A stretch of DNA of 26,867 nt from Octopus sinensis (GCF_006345805.1 NW_021834748.1:1-26867); one strand, 5' to 3'; shown: positions 1 to 11,325, numbered from the stretch's first letter. Program-made: numbers and translations. Notes: generated from the sequence alone by a model not told the origin.

Positions 1-300
1 GGTACTGGTGGTAGTGACAGTGGCAGTGGCGGTGATGCTGGAGATGATGGTGGCGCTGGAAGCAGTGATGGCATAGAAGTGGTGGTGGTGGTGGTGGTGG
101 AGATAATAATGACAATGATGCTGATGATAGTGGCGGTGCCCCAGCATGGCCACAGCTTTTGAGCTGAAACTAGATAAAATAAAATAATTAAATAAATAGT
201 AATTGGGATGATGATGGAGATGGTGATGGTAGTGATGATGGGAGTAATTGTACTGATGATGGTGATAGTGGTTGATGGTAGAGGTGAGGGTGAGGGTCAG
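1..300. repeat. GGT/GAT-rich low-complexity sequence
   Basis: Degenerate ggt/gat/gatgat triplets throughout. Confidence 0.8.
132..185 (+). mobile_element. SINE family A 3' tail fragment
   Basis: ggcggtgccccagcatggccacagc...ctgaaac matches the 3' end (ggcggtgctccagcatggc) of the full copies at 6283 and 6994. Confidence 0.5.
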
Positions 301-383
301 ATTAGTGGTATTGATGCTAGTATAGTGTTTATGGTAGCATTAGGCATCAGGCATTATTTAGAGTGTTGACATTTGGCAATACA

Positions 384-425
384 GCTGTTCTTTCTAGCAG
401 GTCGAGTATCACATAGAGGTACCCC
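384..425. mobile_element. Fragment of interspersed repeat family E
   Basis: gctgttctttctagca recurs at 15318-15333, and as gctgctatttctagca at 16321-16336. Confidence 0.4.
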
Positions 426-462
426 TAACTTTACTTCATGGTACTACAACCATCACCATCGT

Positions 463-544
<82 letters not shown>

Positions 545-563
545 GCTGCTACTACTACTACTG

Positions 564-595
<32 letters not shown>

Positions 596-650
596 GCTGC
601 TGACTGCTGCTGCTGCTGCTGCTGCTGCTGCTACTACTACTACTACTACT
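463..650. repeat. Compound (TAC)n/(TGC)n trinucleotide microsatellite
   Basis: Direct read. It explains the poly-Y, poly-L and poly-S ORFs at 373-925. Confidence 0.97.
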
Positions 651-787
651 TTGGCTGCTGGTGCAGTTTTTGGTTGGGTGTTTCTGAAAATGAGAAAAAA
701 TATTCTACAAGAGGAATTTGTCATTGTTACAAAAATTTTAATGACAAACAAGATTTTCCTTGGGAAGAAAATTATGTGTGATTGCGT

Positions 788-809
788 ATACATACATACA
801 TATATACAT

Positions 810-863
<54 letters not shown>

Positions 864-1515
864 TACATACATACATATATATATATAATATAGATAGATA
901 TATGTATATATATATATATATACACTCACCACACACACACACACATGTATATTTAAATATATAAGGTGTGTGTATGCATATGTGTGCACATGTGTATAAC
1001 AATATCTCTACAAATATGTATAGATATAAATGTGTGTGTGCTTGTGTGTTTGTGTATGTGTGTGTCTGTGTATGTGTATGCAGGCATGGAAAAGAAGTTA
1101 AACTGACGTATTTGAAAAAAATACTATTAATATTATTATGTAAAATAAAGAAATATGGTTTAAAAAATATAATAAATTTTGTATGTATTTTTATTTTATT
1201 TTATTTTCCGAAGATTATATTTTCAAAAGTAAGGATGAAGGGGGGAAAAAAACACAGAAATACTCATATATACAAATATATACACATATATACATACATA
1301 TATGTGCATACACACACACATGGGCTTATAAATGTGTGTAGGGAAAGAAGCTCATACGTAAAAATAGCAACAACAACAACCACATTTATAACTTACATAA
1401 AATAGATATGTTACTCTAAGTAATACATACGAATTAAATGACAAGGAACATTTATGTATGCCTGTATATGGGAGCCACCACACACACACCACACACACAC
1501 ACACACACAAAGCTC

Positions 1516-1547
<32 letters not shown>

Positions 1548-1952
1548 AGATATGCATCAGTAGGTGTGTGTGCGTGTGTATGTATACATATAGATATAGA
1601 TTGACACATATATATACACACATATTTAAGCACATATATACATATACATATATATGCATGCACTCACACACACATGTGCACACATACTTATAAATAGTTA
1701 CATGTGTGCATGAAGGAATATATATTAATATATATAATATATATATACACACCACATAAATATATACACATAAATGCTTCCATGCATACATACATACATA
1801 CATACACACACACATATCCATATACATATTAATAAATATATATGTGTGTGCGTGTGTCTGTGTACATAAATACACACACACTCATATATATATATATATA
1901 TATATACATATATATACATATATGGTATATATTTATATGTGTGTGGAATACA

Positions 1953-1983
<31 letters not shown>

Positions 1984-2060
1984 TATATATATATATATTA
2001 TACTATATACACACACATGTATATGTATGCTCATATATAAATACATACACAACCCATACA
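788..2060. repeat. Mosaic (TA)n/(CA)n/(TG)n/(TACA)n microsatellite field
   Basis: Direct read; interrupted by AT-rich non-repeat sequence at about 1081-1265. Confidence 0.9.
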
Positions 2061-2878
2061 TAGTGACATACCTATCCACTTGTACAAGTATTATGGAAGT
2101 ACAGAAGTATAAAAAAAGTTACATTACTTGTCTTCATATTTCCTATTTTTTCATATTTATAGTCTTTAATTTTTTTTTTCGTTTATTTACAATTTAAAAA
2201 TTGCTTTTCTTGTTATAAAATTTGAAAGAAAACACTTAAAATGTTATAATCATCATCATTATCATCAACAATATTAATAGTATCATCGTCATCATCATCA
2301 TTATCATCATCATCATTATTATTACTATTATCAGTATTATTATCATTATTATTTGTATTATTATTGCTGATGTTGTTACTGCTGTCCCTGGTATTGTTAT
2401 TTATTATGTTTTTTTTTTAATTACTATTCATATTTTGATGTGTTTGATATTTTATTTTGTAGTCCTTATTGTTTGTTTTTTTTTATTTGGTTTGGTTAAT
2501 TTGAAATTCTTTTATTTTACCTACCTATATATTTGTTGAAGTGATGTTTTTTTTTTGTTTTTTGAAAATATTTTTTTAATTAATTCTTTACTAAACAAAG
2601 AAATTTCACCTTTGATGATGATGATGATGAAGAGGAAGTGGAGAAGGAGGGGAAGATGAAGTGGAAGAGTTGAAATACAAGGAAAAACGAGGAGGAGGAG
2701 GAAAAGGGGGAGGAGGAATGCTGTACTGTCTTTTAAAATATATTCATAAGCAAAATATATAAAGTACCAGTGTGTGTGTGTTAAGTATTTGTAAGCTGCA
2801 ACTTATGATTGTGTGTGTGTGGTGTGTGTGTTGTGTGTGTGTGTGTGTACATGTGTGTGTGTGTGTATGGTATTTGTG

Positions 2879-3111
2879 AAGGCAGCGAGTTGGCAGAATC
2901 GTTAGCACGCCGGGCAAAATGCGTAGCCGTATTTCGTCTGCCGTTACGTTCTGAGTTCAAATTCCACTGAGGTCGACTTTGCTTTTCATCCTTTCAGGGT
3001 CGATAAATTAAGTACCAGTTATGCACTAGGGTCGATATAATCCATCTAATCCGTTTGTCTGTCATTGTTTGTCCTCTCTGTGTTTAGCCCCTTGTGGGTA
3101 GTAAAGAAATA
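2879..3111 (+). mobile_element. tRNA-derived SINE family B, full length, 10-bp TSD
   Basis: A-box-like tggcagaatcg, B-box gagttcaaattcc, and a body shared with 9933, 21465 and 25028. ggtatttgtg is duplicated at 2869-2878 and 3112-3121. Confidence 0.9.
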
Positions 3112-3649
3112 GGTATTTGTGCATCTGTAGGTCATAACTATATACTCGAGTAGCTATCTATCTGTCTGTCTATCAAACTATTTGTCCAACTGCATAACAT
3201 CATTTTAGGTATCAAAATTAGAATCTTCTTGCCCTACAAGACTCCACACCTCAGAAAAACACTGTAACGGTTCCAAGTAGGGCCCATTCAACATAAACCT
3301 ATAGGAATCCTTGGGGAAGGAATCCATTATCCTGAACAGGTCGTTCTCCCTGGAAAGGATCTTCTTATCACACAGCTACCCCTGTCCATTGATGTATGTT
3401 TTCTACACAAAATAGTGTTTGGTATGACAGTCAGGATGTAGAAGGCACAATACCTTCCCAGTTTTCAGGTCAATCCAACACTTTCAGAAGAGAGAAAGAC
3501 GGGGGGCTGAAGGCTTACATTTCTGTGGACTCCACTAAAGATATCCAAGCCTGGCGGTGGGGGTTATATGCAAAGTGATGCACTAATGCTACCCCACAAG
3601 GATTTAAACGAACTCTCTCATACATTTATAAGGTTAATATGAAGCTGAG

Positions 3650-3735
3650 ACTTTGGTAGAAGATACTGTGCAGTAGGACTGAACCTGAAACAGTGTATTT
3701 TTGGAGAGGATGCCTTAACTACTCAACCACATCTG
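3650..3735 (-). mobile_element. Degenerate SINE family A head remnant
   Basis: Reverse complement gives gtggttgagtagttaagg...caggttcagtcc, resembling the family A head. Confidence 0.35.
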
Positions 3736-4015
3736 AGTTCAATTCTGAGGAAATATAAAGTGATAAGAATTTATTGATTGAGATTCTCAGCAGCAAGACA
3801 CAGGAAAATGGTAGGCCAGAACACTGTGCATGCATTTGGTATAGGCATGATAGCATGAAGTTACTGACAAACAGGTCTTTGGAAAGGATCACAATCATTT
3901 AGCATCCAATAATTAATTTCCCATGCTTCCATGGACCAGATAGAATTTGCTGAGGTGTTCAATTGGCGAAAAAAAAAAAAAGGGTCCATCCTCATGTATA
4001 ACTATATATATAGTT

Positions 4016-4140
4016 GAAATTTAGAGAAAAGATGAAGATAGGTGTAGGAACCTGTCTTCAAGCAGGTGTATTAGTCTGATGGTCTTCGAGCCTACGCTCT
4101 TCAGCAGAAAGGAATAAGAGAAAATAAAGAGAGAGAGAGA
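4016..4140 (-). mobile_element. Short repeat carrying a truncated hammerhead-like motif (possible Penelope-like terminal-repeat fragment)
   Basis: Minus strand reads CUGCUGA-A-GAGC-GUAG-GCUC-GAA. It aligns with 24668-24740, with a 23-nt deletion in this copy. Confidence 0.45.
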
Positions 4141-4370
4141 ATAAAAATAAAACTTATGGATTTAGTGATCAAGTATATATTCCAAAGTCTGAAGGTTCAT
4201 GATTTTTCTTGGATAAGCTGTAATAGTGGTTTCCTGTTGCTGTTCTTCAGTATGTTTACAGTTGACTTTGATATTCTCTTGCTTTCCCGAGCTTACTCTT
4301 GAGACCAGTTTCATTGTTTAACTCAACTTTTCCAGATTTGCATAGGTCAGAAAGAATTCATTTGGACTGA

Positions 4371-4505
4371 TTTTTTACAACTGGATGCCACCAACCCTTG
4401 TCTGGTTCCAAACGGTAATATTTTCCATAGCTATATATGCTTTTCTAAGAAAACTGAAAATAAATGACGATGCTCATTTACAAACATAATGTGGTGTCTA
4501 GACAC
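4371..4505 (-). mobile_element. Degenerate SINE-like fragment (family D-related)
   Basis: ttttacaactggatgcc...ccaacc resembles tttctagagccggaaatccttcccaatgctaacc in 8567-8757; family recognised from memory only. Confidence 0.35.
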
Positions 4506-4890
4506 ACACTAATACACTCACACAAACACACACATATATATATATACAGACAGACAGACAGAGCCTATTTAACCATTTACATATGAGTTAGTGTAACTGG
4601 TTCTTGTGACAGCAGGGTCTGTGTAACGTATGTCTAGGAGCTAGTTCTCCTTCAAGTTCTGTATGTCTTAGCCACAGGACAATCTTCCACTCTTTGATTA
4701 ATGACTTGGGTCCTTGACAGATGTTACTACTCCAAGCCGGAGAAAAATCAAGTAAAGTGGTACGTAAAGTATAACTTCACAATCCTCAATACTCTAGAAC
4801 TCCTGAGCTGGAATCTCACCAAGAGGTTTCATGTCTTACTTAGGACAAATGGGAACCACCTTGCATTAAAAGTAGAGCAAACTGGCAATC

Positions 4891-5206
4891 TGTTGGTTGC
4901 AACGATCAGTGTTCCAGTTGAGCTGATCAATGGAAAAGCCTGCTTGGGAAATTAACATACAATTGACTGAGTACTCCACAGATACATGTACCTTCATCAT
5001 AGTTGGCAGGGAGATTCAGCTTGACACAAAATATGGCAAGGCTGGCCCATCAAAACACAGGGGCAATTCGTTTTTGCTGGCTGAGTGGACTGGAGAAACA
5101 TGAAGTAAAGTGTCTTGCTCAAAGGCAAAACACATTGCTGGGAATTGAACTCATGACCTTATAATCATGAGCCAAATACCCTAACCACTAAGCCATGCAC
5201 CTTCAC
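4891..5206 (-). mobile_element. tRNA-derived SINE with CORE/V-like central motif
   Basis: Minus-strand head gtgaaggtgcatggcttagtggttagg (A box) and gagttcaattccc (B box), followed by cctttgagcaagacacttt. Confidence 0.75.
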
Positions 5207-5385
5207 AAAAGCAGAGCACACCGGAGTAAAGAGAACTGAAAGAGAATCACTAGAAGCAACTGTGGTTTAAGGTAATGTGATGTAAATGAAGTATTAGTTG
5301 TGTGGTATTGACTGCTATAAAAGATGGAAGACAAGCAGCCGTAGAGTGTGAATGGGTGTCTGGGTTATCAAAATGAGATATGAAA

Positions 5386-5484
5386 GAAAGGCAACTGGGT
5401 TAGTAGAGAGATCTGCAGAGAATTGATGAGGATTGCTTAATAGAAAACTATTGTGTGCTATCAGATATGGGAAAGAGGAGACTG
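5386..5484 (+). pseudogene. Possible decayed RTE-type LINE 3' coding fragment
   Basis: Frame reads ERQLG**RDLQRIDEDCLIENYCVLSDMGKRRL, resembling the RRLRWxGHVxRMDED..G.R motif downstream of the RT domain in RTE-clade LINEs. Two stop codons; judged by eye. Confidence 0.3.
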
Positions 5485-6282
5485 CTTTAAAGTTGTGAAT
5501 CTCAACAATTTGTATGTAACCTGAAAAAAATATTTGAGGCAAAATGGCAGATTCATTTATTGCCTTAATGAATAGGGATTCAACAGGATACAATTAAATG
5601 AACATTTTTCTGTCCTTGGTCTGTGGGTAACAAGCTTCAGCCTATGGTAACATATGTGCAGGATCAACGCCAAAGACCTCTAAGAGTACCTTCCCTATCA
5701 GCTCTTTTCCTATCACCTCTGGATTTATGAAGAAAATGTGATGGTGTTGGGGTTGGTATCTTAGTTTACTAAACAACCAACATGACAGATATTTTCTGAG
5801 ATTTTACAAAAACAACAAAAATATTATTAAAAAAAACAAAATATCACATAATATCACATAAACAGGTAGAATACGTGAGCTAGAGATGAATGGTTTAAAT
5901 GCTGTAGGGTTAATGCAATTTCATTAAAGGCGTGGACTTTGTGTTTTTGCTCTGTAGCACAGGTGGTGCTCTATTATTTTGTTATATTACCATAGAAGGC
6001 ATGGTTTATGCAGAGCCTGTCCCATTCTGTCTCCTCCTTCAAAGTTGTATCGATGCCATGACACTATTATCAAGGCTGCAGGATTTGTATGGAGTTACCT
6101 TCTTTTAGATGAGCAACCAAAAAGCTGAAAGGGTCACCTCATCTGCTCTGGTCAGTTGCTGTGTTAGTGAATATCCTTGTTGTGGAGGTTATATAGCAGT
6201 GGACTAACTCAATGAAAGGTTACAGTGAAAGATGGTGAAAAATGAAGCAATCATGCTCTATTAGAAGAATAATGGTAATCCT

Positions 6283-6683
6283 GTAGGAGTGGCTGTGTGG
6301 TAAGTAGCTTGCTTACCAACCACATGGTTCCGGGTTCAGTCCCACGGTGTGGCACTTCGGGTAAGTGTCTTCAACTATAGCCTCGGCCTGACCAAAGCCT
6401 TCTGAGTGGATTTGGTAGACGGAAACTGAAAGAAGCCTGTTGTATATATGTATATGTATATGTATATATGTATGTGTATGTGTGTGTGTGTCTGTGTTTG
6501 TCCCCCCAACATCGCTTGACAACTGATGCTGGTGTGTTTACGTCCCCGTAACATAGCGGTTCGGCAGAAGAGACTGATAGAATAAGTACTAGGCTTACAA
6601 AGAATAAGTCCTGGGGGCTATTTGATCGACTAAAGGCGGTGCTCCAGCATGGCTGCTGTCAAATGACTGAAACAAGTAAAAGA
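6283..6683 (+). mobile_element. tRNA-derived SINE family A, full length
   Basis: Head ggagtggctgtgtggtaag (A-box-like) and gggttcagtccc (B-box-like), central TA/TG tract, tail ggcggtgctccagcatggc...gaaacaagtaaaag. More than 10 homologues in the window. Confidence 0.92.
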
Positions 6684-6756
6684 GGAGAGTATGAGTGCAG
6701 TGATAAAACTGAAGGATAACAGGAGAGAAAACTGTGGTAATGTTTAATCTGAGTCG

Positions 6757-6975
6757 GGTGGTGGAGCTGGCAGAATCGTTAGCACACTGGGCAAAAGGCT
6801 TAGTGGCATTTTGTTTGTCTCTATGTTCTGAGTTCAAATTGTACTGGAGTTGACATTGCCTTTCATCTTTTCGAGGTTGATGAAATAGATACCAGTTGAG
6901 TACTGGGGTAGCTGTAATCGACTTATATCCTCTCCCAAAATTTCAGACCTTGTGCCTATTAATGAAAGGATTTAT
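6757..6975 (+). mobile_element. SINE family B (variant tail)
   Basis: gagctggcagaatcgttagcac...gagttcaaatt. Tail cccaaaatttcagaccttgtgcct is shared with 11108 and 21465. Confidence 0.85.
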
Positions 6976-6993
6976 ATAATGTAAGTAAACTAT

Positions 6994-7372
6994 AGGCGCA
7001 GGAGTGGCTGTGTGGTAAGTAGCTTGTTTACCAACCACATGGTCCCGGGTTCAGTCCCACTGCGTGGCACCTTGGGCAAGTGTCTTCTACTATAGCCTCG
7101 GGCCGACCAAAGCCTTGTGAGTGGATTTGGTAGACGGAAACTGAAAGAAGCCCCTCATATATATGTATATATATGTATGTGTGTGTGTATGTTTGTGCGT
7201 CTGTGTTTGTCCCCCTAGCATTGCTTGACAACCGATGCTGGTGTGTTTACGTCCCCGTCACTTAGTGGTTCCCCAAAAGAGACCGATAGGATAAGTACTG
7301 GGCTTACAAAGAATAAGTCCCGGGGTCAAGTTGCTCGATTAAAGGCGGTGCTCCAGCATGGCTGCAGTCAAA
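6994..7372 (+). mobile_element. SINE family A, near full length
   Basis: aggcgcaggagtggctgtgtggtaag through gcagtcaaa; highly similar to 6283-6683. Confidence 0.92.
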
Positions 7373-7731
7373 CTCTCTTGAAAAATGTAGCAGAACCAAG
7401 TCCTGAGAACTGACGACGGTTGTGATAAAAACAACAGGTGAAATGTACGATGGAGATGATTGCATTGTTATGGAGTCCGGAATGTAGAATGTTATCAGTG
7501 AGAGCGAGTTAATAAAAAAATAATTAGCCTTTATCCATGCTATAGATGGTAGCCTTTAGATGAGCTACAAAGATTCGGTGAGGTCAGACTCTGAAATGTT
7601 GGCTTACCTTTAAGTGATAATGAAAGAAGAAGGTTGGGAGGAATGGGGATTGGTGATAGAATGTATGGCAGATGAGTTCAACCCATGTTAGCATGGAAAA
7701 ACACATACTGAAACTTGTAAACAGTGATGAT

Positions 7732-8040
7732 ACTGTTATACATCACGTGACCGACCAGACCATCAGGTGTTGTTACACATCGCTGGTCACAATGCGTTCG
7801 CATTGTTTTAGCCTTCGAATGACGCCAGCCCGCTGGCTAAGTGAGCAGACTAACAGAAGAAAGAGTGGGAGAAAGAGTGGTGAAAGAGTAAAGCAGGGAT
7901 CACCACCCCCTGGCGGAGCATCGTGGAGCTTTTAGGTGTTTTCGCTCAATAAACACTCACAACACCCGGTCTGGGAATCAAAACCGCGATCCTACGACGG
8001 CGAGTTCGCTGCCCTAACCACTGGGCCATTGCACCTCCAC
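7732..8040 (-). mobile_element. tRNA-derived SINE family C
   Basis: Minus-strand head gtggaggtgcaatggcccagtggttagg (A box TGGCCCAGTGG) and B-box-like ggttttgattccc, followed by a non-tRNA body. Confidence 0.8.
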
Positions 8041-8078
8041 ATATATATATATACATATATATATACATACATACATAC

Positions 8079-8109
<31 letters not shown>

Positions 8110-8140
8110 TATATACACACATACATATTCATATATACAT

Positions 8141-8402
8141 ATATTATATAGAGAGCACTATTACACATAGATGTCTCATGCTAGGAGGGACTCTTAAAGT
8201 CAAAACTACTAAAATAGTAAACACATTGTACCGAAACAATTCTCTAAGCAAGTCATTTAAAAACAGAATTTAGCCACATATCACACTGACTTGCTTCGAG
8301 AATTGTTTCGGTACAACGTGTTTACTTATTTTAGTAATTTTGACTTTAAGAGTCCCTCCTAGCGTGAGGCATCTATGTGTAAGAGTGCCCTCTATATAAT
8401 AT
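8141..8402. mobile_element. Fold-back / MITE-like long inverted repeat
   Basis: Arms 8141-8255 and 8287-8402 differ by 7 substitutions and 1 indel; 31-nt spacer; TA-rich flanks. Confidence 0.85.
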
Positions 8403-8566
8403 AAATAAATAAATTTAAAAGAAAAAACTTGATGGCCTTTTTTCTCTTATGAGGTTTTTCACGCTAACTACTTGATAAATTCTTATGTAGATTTTATCCT
8501 ATATTTAAATTATATATACATATATATATATAAATATATATACATGTGCATATGTATATATATATG

Positions 8567-8757
8567 TCATCATCATCATAATCATCGTTTAATGTCCGCT
8601 TTCCATGTTGGCATGGTTTGGATGATTTGACACCAGGCCCCAATCTGATATGGCAGAGTTTCTAGAGCCGGAAATCCTTCCCAATGCTAACCACTCGGAG
8701 GATGTAGTGGGTGCTTTTACGTGCCACAAGCACGGGGGCCAGCTGGGTCGTATTGGT
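8567..8757 (-). mobile_element. SINE family D 3' portion with (GAT)n tail
   Basis: catcatcatc...gtttaatgtccgctttccatgttggcatgg is the reverse complement of a tail ending in (GAT)n. A related tail remnant, cccatgttagcatggaaaa, lies at 7682-7700. Confidence 0.6.
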
Positions 8758-9014
8758 AACATATATATGCATGTATACATCTATGTATATATGTATATGT
8801 ATGTGTATATATATATATATACAGAGAGGAGAGAGAGAGATACACATGCACACATATATATTGAGAGAGAGTGACAGAGAGAGAAAGTGAGAAAAACATA
8901 TGTATCTTATCTATCTATCTAACTACATGTATCTTATCTATCTATCTATCTATCTATCTAATGTACATGTATATATATGTATATATGTATGCACATATAT
9001 TCATATATGTATAC

Positions 9015-9046
<32 letters not shown>

Positions 9047-9319
9047 ACGCCAAGTAAGTTAGGGGTTGTAGATCCAACCAACCAAGGGATAATACTTACC
9101 CAATATACTGTTGGTATAATACCCAATTATTAATACACAAGTGTTTTTAATTGCAATGCAATTAAGTCATTTATTGTATTAAACGGGTGAAGGTAAAGAA
9201 ATATTTTACCATTAATTTATAATACAATTAAGAAAATGGAGAAATAATTTAGTTGGTTCATCAGCTTTAGGATATTAGGATATTAGAATGTTGACTTATT
9301 TATATAAATAAGTCAACAT

Positions 9320-9322
<3 letters not shown>
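9047..9322 (-). mobile_element. Short insert between microsatellites, with hammerhead-like motif and terminal 38-bp palindrome
   Basis: CUGAUGA on the minus strand at 9258-9264; perfect palindrome at 9285-9322; flanked by (TA)n and (CT)n(TA)n. Confidence 0.45.
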
Positions 9323-9363
<41 letters not shown>

Positions 9364-9425
9364 GTGGACTCCAGATTTTTTCAGTTATATATTATTTGTA
9401 TATATATATATATATATATATGTAT

Positions 9426-9593
9426 AGGCAGAGGAGTGGCTGTGTGGTAAGTAACTTGCTTACCAACCACATGGTTCCGGGTTCAGTCCCACTGCGTGGC
9501 ACTTTGGGTAAGTTTCTTCTACTATAGCCTGGGCCGACCAAAGGCTTGTGAGTGGATCTGGTAGACAGAAACTGAAAGAAGCCCATAATATAC

Positions 9594-9630
<37 letters not shown>

Positions 9631-9840
9631 GGTGTGTGTATATGTCTGTGTGTCTGTCCTCCCCTCCATCACTTGACAACCGATGCTGGTGTGTTCACAT
9701 CCCAATAACATTATCGGTTCGGCAAAAGAGTCTGATAGAATAAGTTCTAGGCTTACAAAGAATAAGTGCTGGGGTCGAGTTGTTTGACTAAATACAGTGC
9801 TCCAGCATGGCCGCAGTCAAATGACTGAAACAAATAAAAC
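9426..9840 (+). mobile_element. SINE family A, full length
   Basis: Same head, central (TA)n and tail as 6283. Confidence 0.92.
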
Positions 9841-9932
9841 AATAAAAGACTACACATATACATAGAGACATATATATGCCTAAACACACACACCACACAC
9901 GCACACACACACACACATATATACCTAAATAT

Positions 9933-10090
9933 TTCAAATTCCGCCGAGGTCGACTTTGCCTTTCATCCTTTTGGGGTCGATAAATAAAGTACCATTTTCG
10001 CACTGGGGGGTCGACGTAATCGACTTAATCCGTTTGTCTGTCCTTGTTTGTCCCCTCCGTGTTTAGCCCCTTGTGGGTAGTAAAAGAAAT
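9933..10090 (+). mobile_element. 5'-truncated SINE family B with 16-bp TSD
   Basis: Begins within the B box (ttcaaattcc). atatatacctaaatat is duplicated at 9917-9932 and 10091-10106. Confidence 0.92.
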
Positions 10091-10233
10091 ATATATACCT
10101 AAATATATATATATTAACAGATGTGCATATACAGGTGTGTTTGTGTGCATGAGATTTATGAAATCAATCAGTGTGATTCTGCTTATGTCATCAATTGGTG
10201 CTAAAAAGCTCTGGGCTTCCATGTACATGTATG

Positions 10234-10236
<3 letters not shown>

Positions 10237-10275
<39 letters not shown>

Positions 10276-10453
10276 TGTGTGTGTGTGAGAGAGAAGATAG
10301 AGAGCGAGAGAGAGGATAGAAAGAAAGAGCACGTGTATGTATGTTTTCCTCCTTCCATGGGAACCACAAATAGTCTGTCACTGAATGTAGCAAATATATC
10401 ATTCATAGAGAGAACCACACGCATGCACACACTCACACACACACTCACACACA

Positions 10454-10490
<37 letters not shown>

Positions 10491-10770
10491 GCATGCATGC
10501 ATATATACTCATATGCAGTCACACACACACACACTGTACTAACTAGGACTGCAGACTGTCGTCTCCTTTTCTTTCTCATTCAACCACACACAGACACACA
10601 CACACACATCACATCTCCACCACCGCCACCACCACCATCCCTCTCTCTTTCTGTCTCGCCATCCTTCGCTCTTTCAGTCTTTTTTTCCCATCTGATGCTA
10701 ACTCCCTCCCTCCCTCCCTCTCCCAGTCTCTCTCTCTCTCTCTCCCACACACAAGAACAACACACATCGA
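10237..10770. repeat. (GT)n/(GA)n, (CA)n and (CT)n microsatellite cluster
   Basis: Direct read; short non-repeat segments are interspersed. Confidence 0.85.
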
Positions 10771-11008
10771 GCAAGCCGACATACAATATATAATACTAGC
10801 AGCACACAACAGCAGCCAGCATTGACTGTACAATTCTAACGCAGGATACACTTCTCGGTTCATCAACACAACATTGGACAGGATTTTACTAAGAACAGTA
10901 AGAAGGAATTTTAAGGTTTTTCTCTTCTCTCATTCTCGTTATTCTGTCGTTCATGTTCTCCTTCATATTTTTCTTTCAGTCTTCTTTCTTTCTCATTTTT
11001 ACATGTGC

Positions 11009-11074
11009 CTTCTTCTTCTTCTTCTTCTTCTTCTTCTTCTTCTTCTTCTTCTTCTTCTTCTTCTTCTTCTTCTT
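11009..11074. repeat. (CTT)22 microsatellite
   Basis: Perfect 66-nt run. Confidence 0.97.
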
Positions 11075-11107
11075 CATTCATCATCATCATCATCATTATT
11101 ATTTATA

Positions 11108-11325
11108 AAGACAGTGAGTTGTCAGAATCTTTAGCATGCTGGACAAAATGCCTAGCGGCATTTCTTCCAGCTCTTTACATTCTGAGTTCAAATTCCGCTG
11201 AGGTCAACTTTACCTTTCATTTCTTTCGGGGTTGATGAAATAATTACTAGTTGAAAACTGGCATCATTGTATTCTTGTAGCACCACCCCATCGCCAAAAC
11301 TTCAGGCTTTGTGCCTATAGAAGAA
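11108..11325 (+). mobile_element. Diverged SINE family B
   Basis: gagttgtcagaatctttagcatgc...gagttcaaattccgctgaggtc...cttcaggctttgtgcctatagaag. Confidence 0.8.

Noticed and set aside
667-781. Frame FWLGVSENEKKYSTRGICHCYKNFNDKQDFPWEENYV* after a tgcAG
   Set aside because: It looks protein-like but has no ATG, a weak polypyrimidine tract, no good donor and no recognisable homology. A BLASTX hit would be needed.
373-2197. Poly-Y, poly-L, poly-S and YI/CV/HT-repeat ORFs here and in similar blocks across the window
   Set aside because: They are direct translations of TAC/TGC, TA, CA and ATCT microsatellites, with no domain-like content.
3250-3580. Non-repetitive segment with ORF 3396-3578 and partially open minus frames
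   Set aside because: No recognisable motif, and stops interrupt the more protein-like frames. It may be an old LINE remnant but this is unsupported.
6313-9711. Similar ORFs ending ...VEDTCPRCHAVGLNPEPCGW (6313, 7028, 9460)
   Set aside because: They are antisense translations of SINE A copies, so the shared peptide reflects the repeat, not a gene family.
10846-10905. Possible 53-nt plus-strand exon (gcAG...AACA|GTAAGA; YTSRFINTTLDRILLRT)
   Set aside because: Good donor but poor acceptor context, too short to identify and no compatible partner exon seen.
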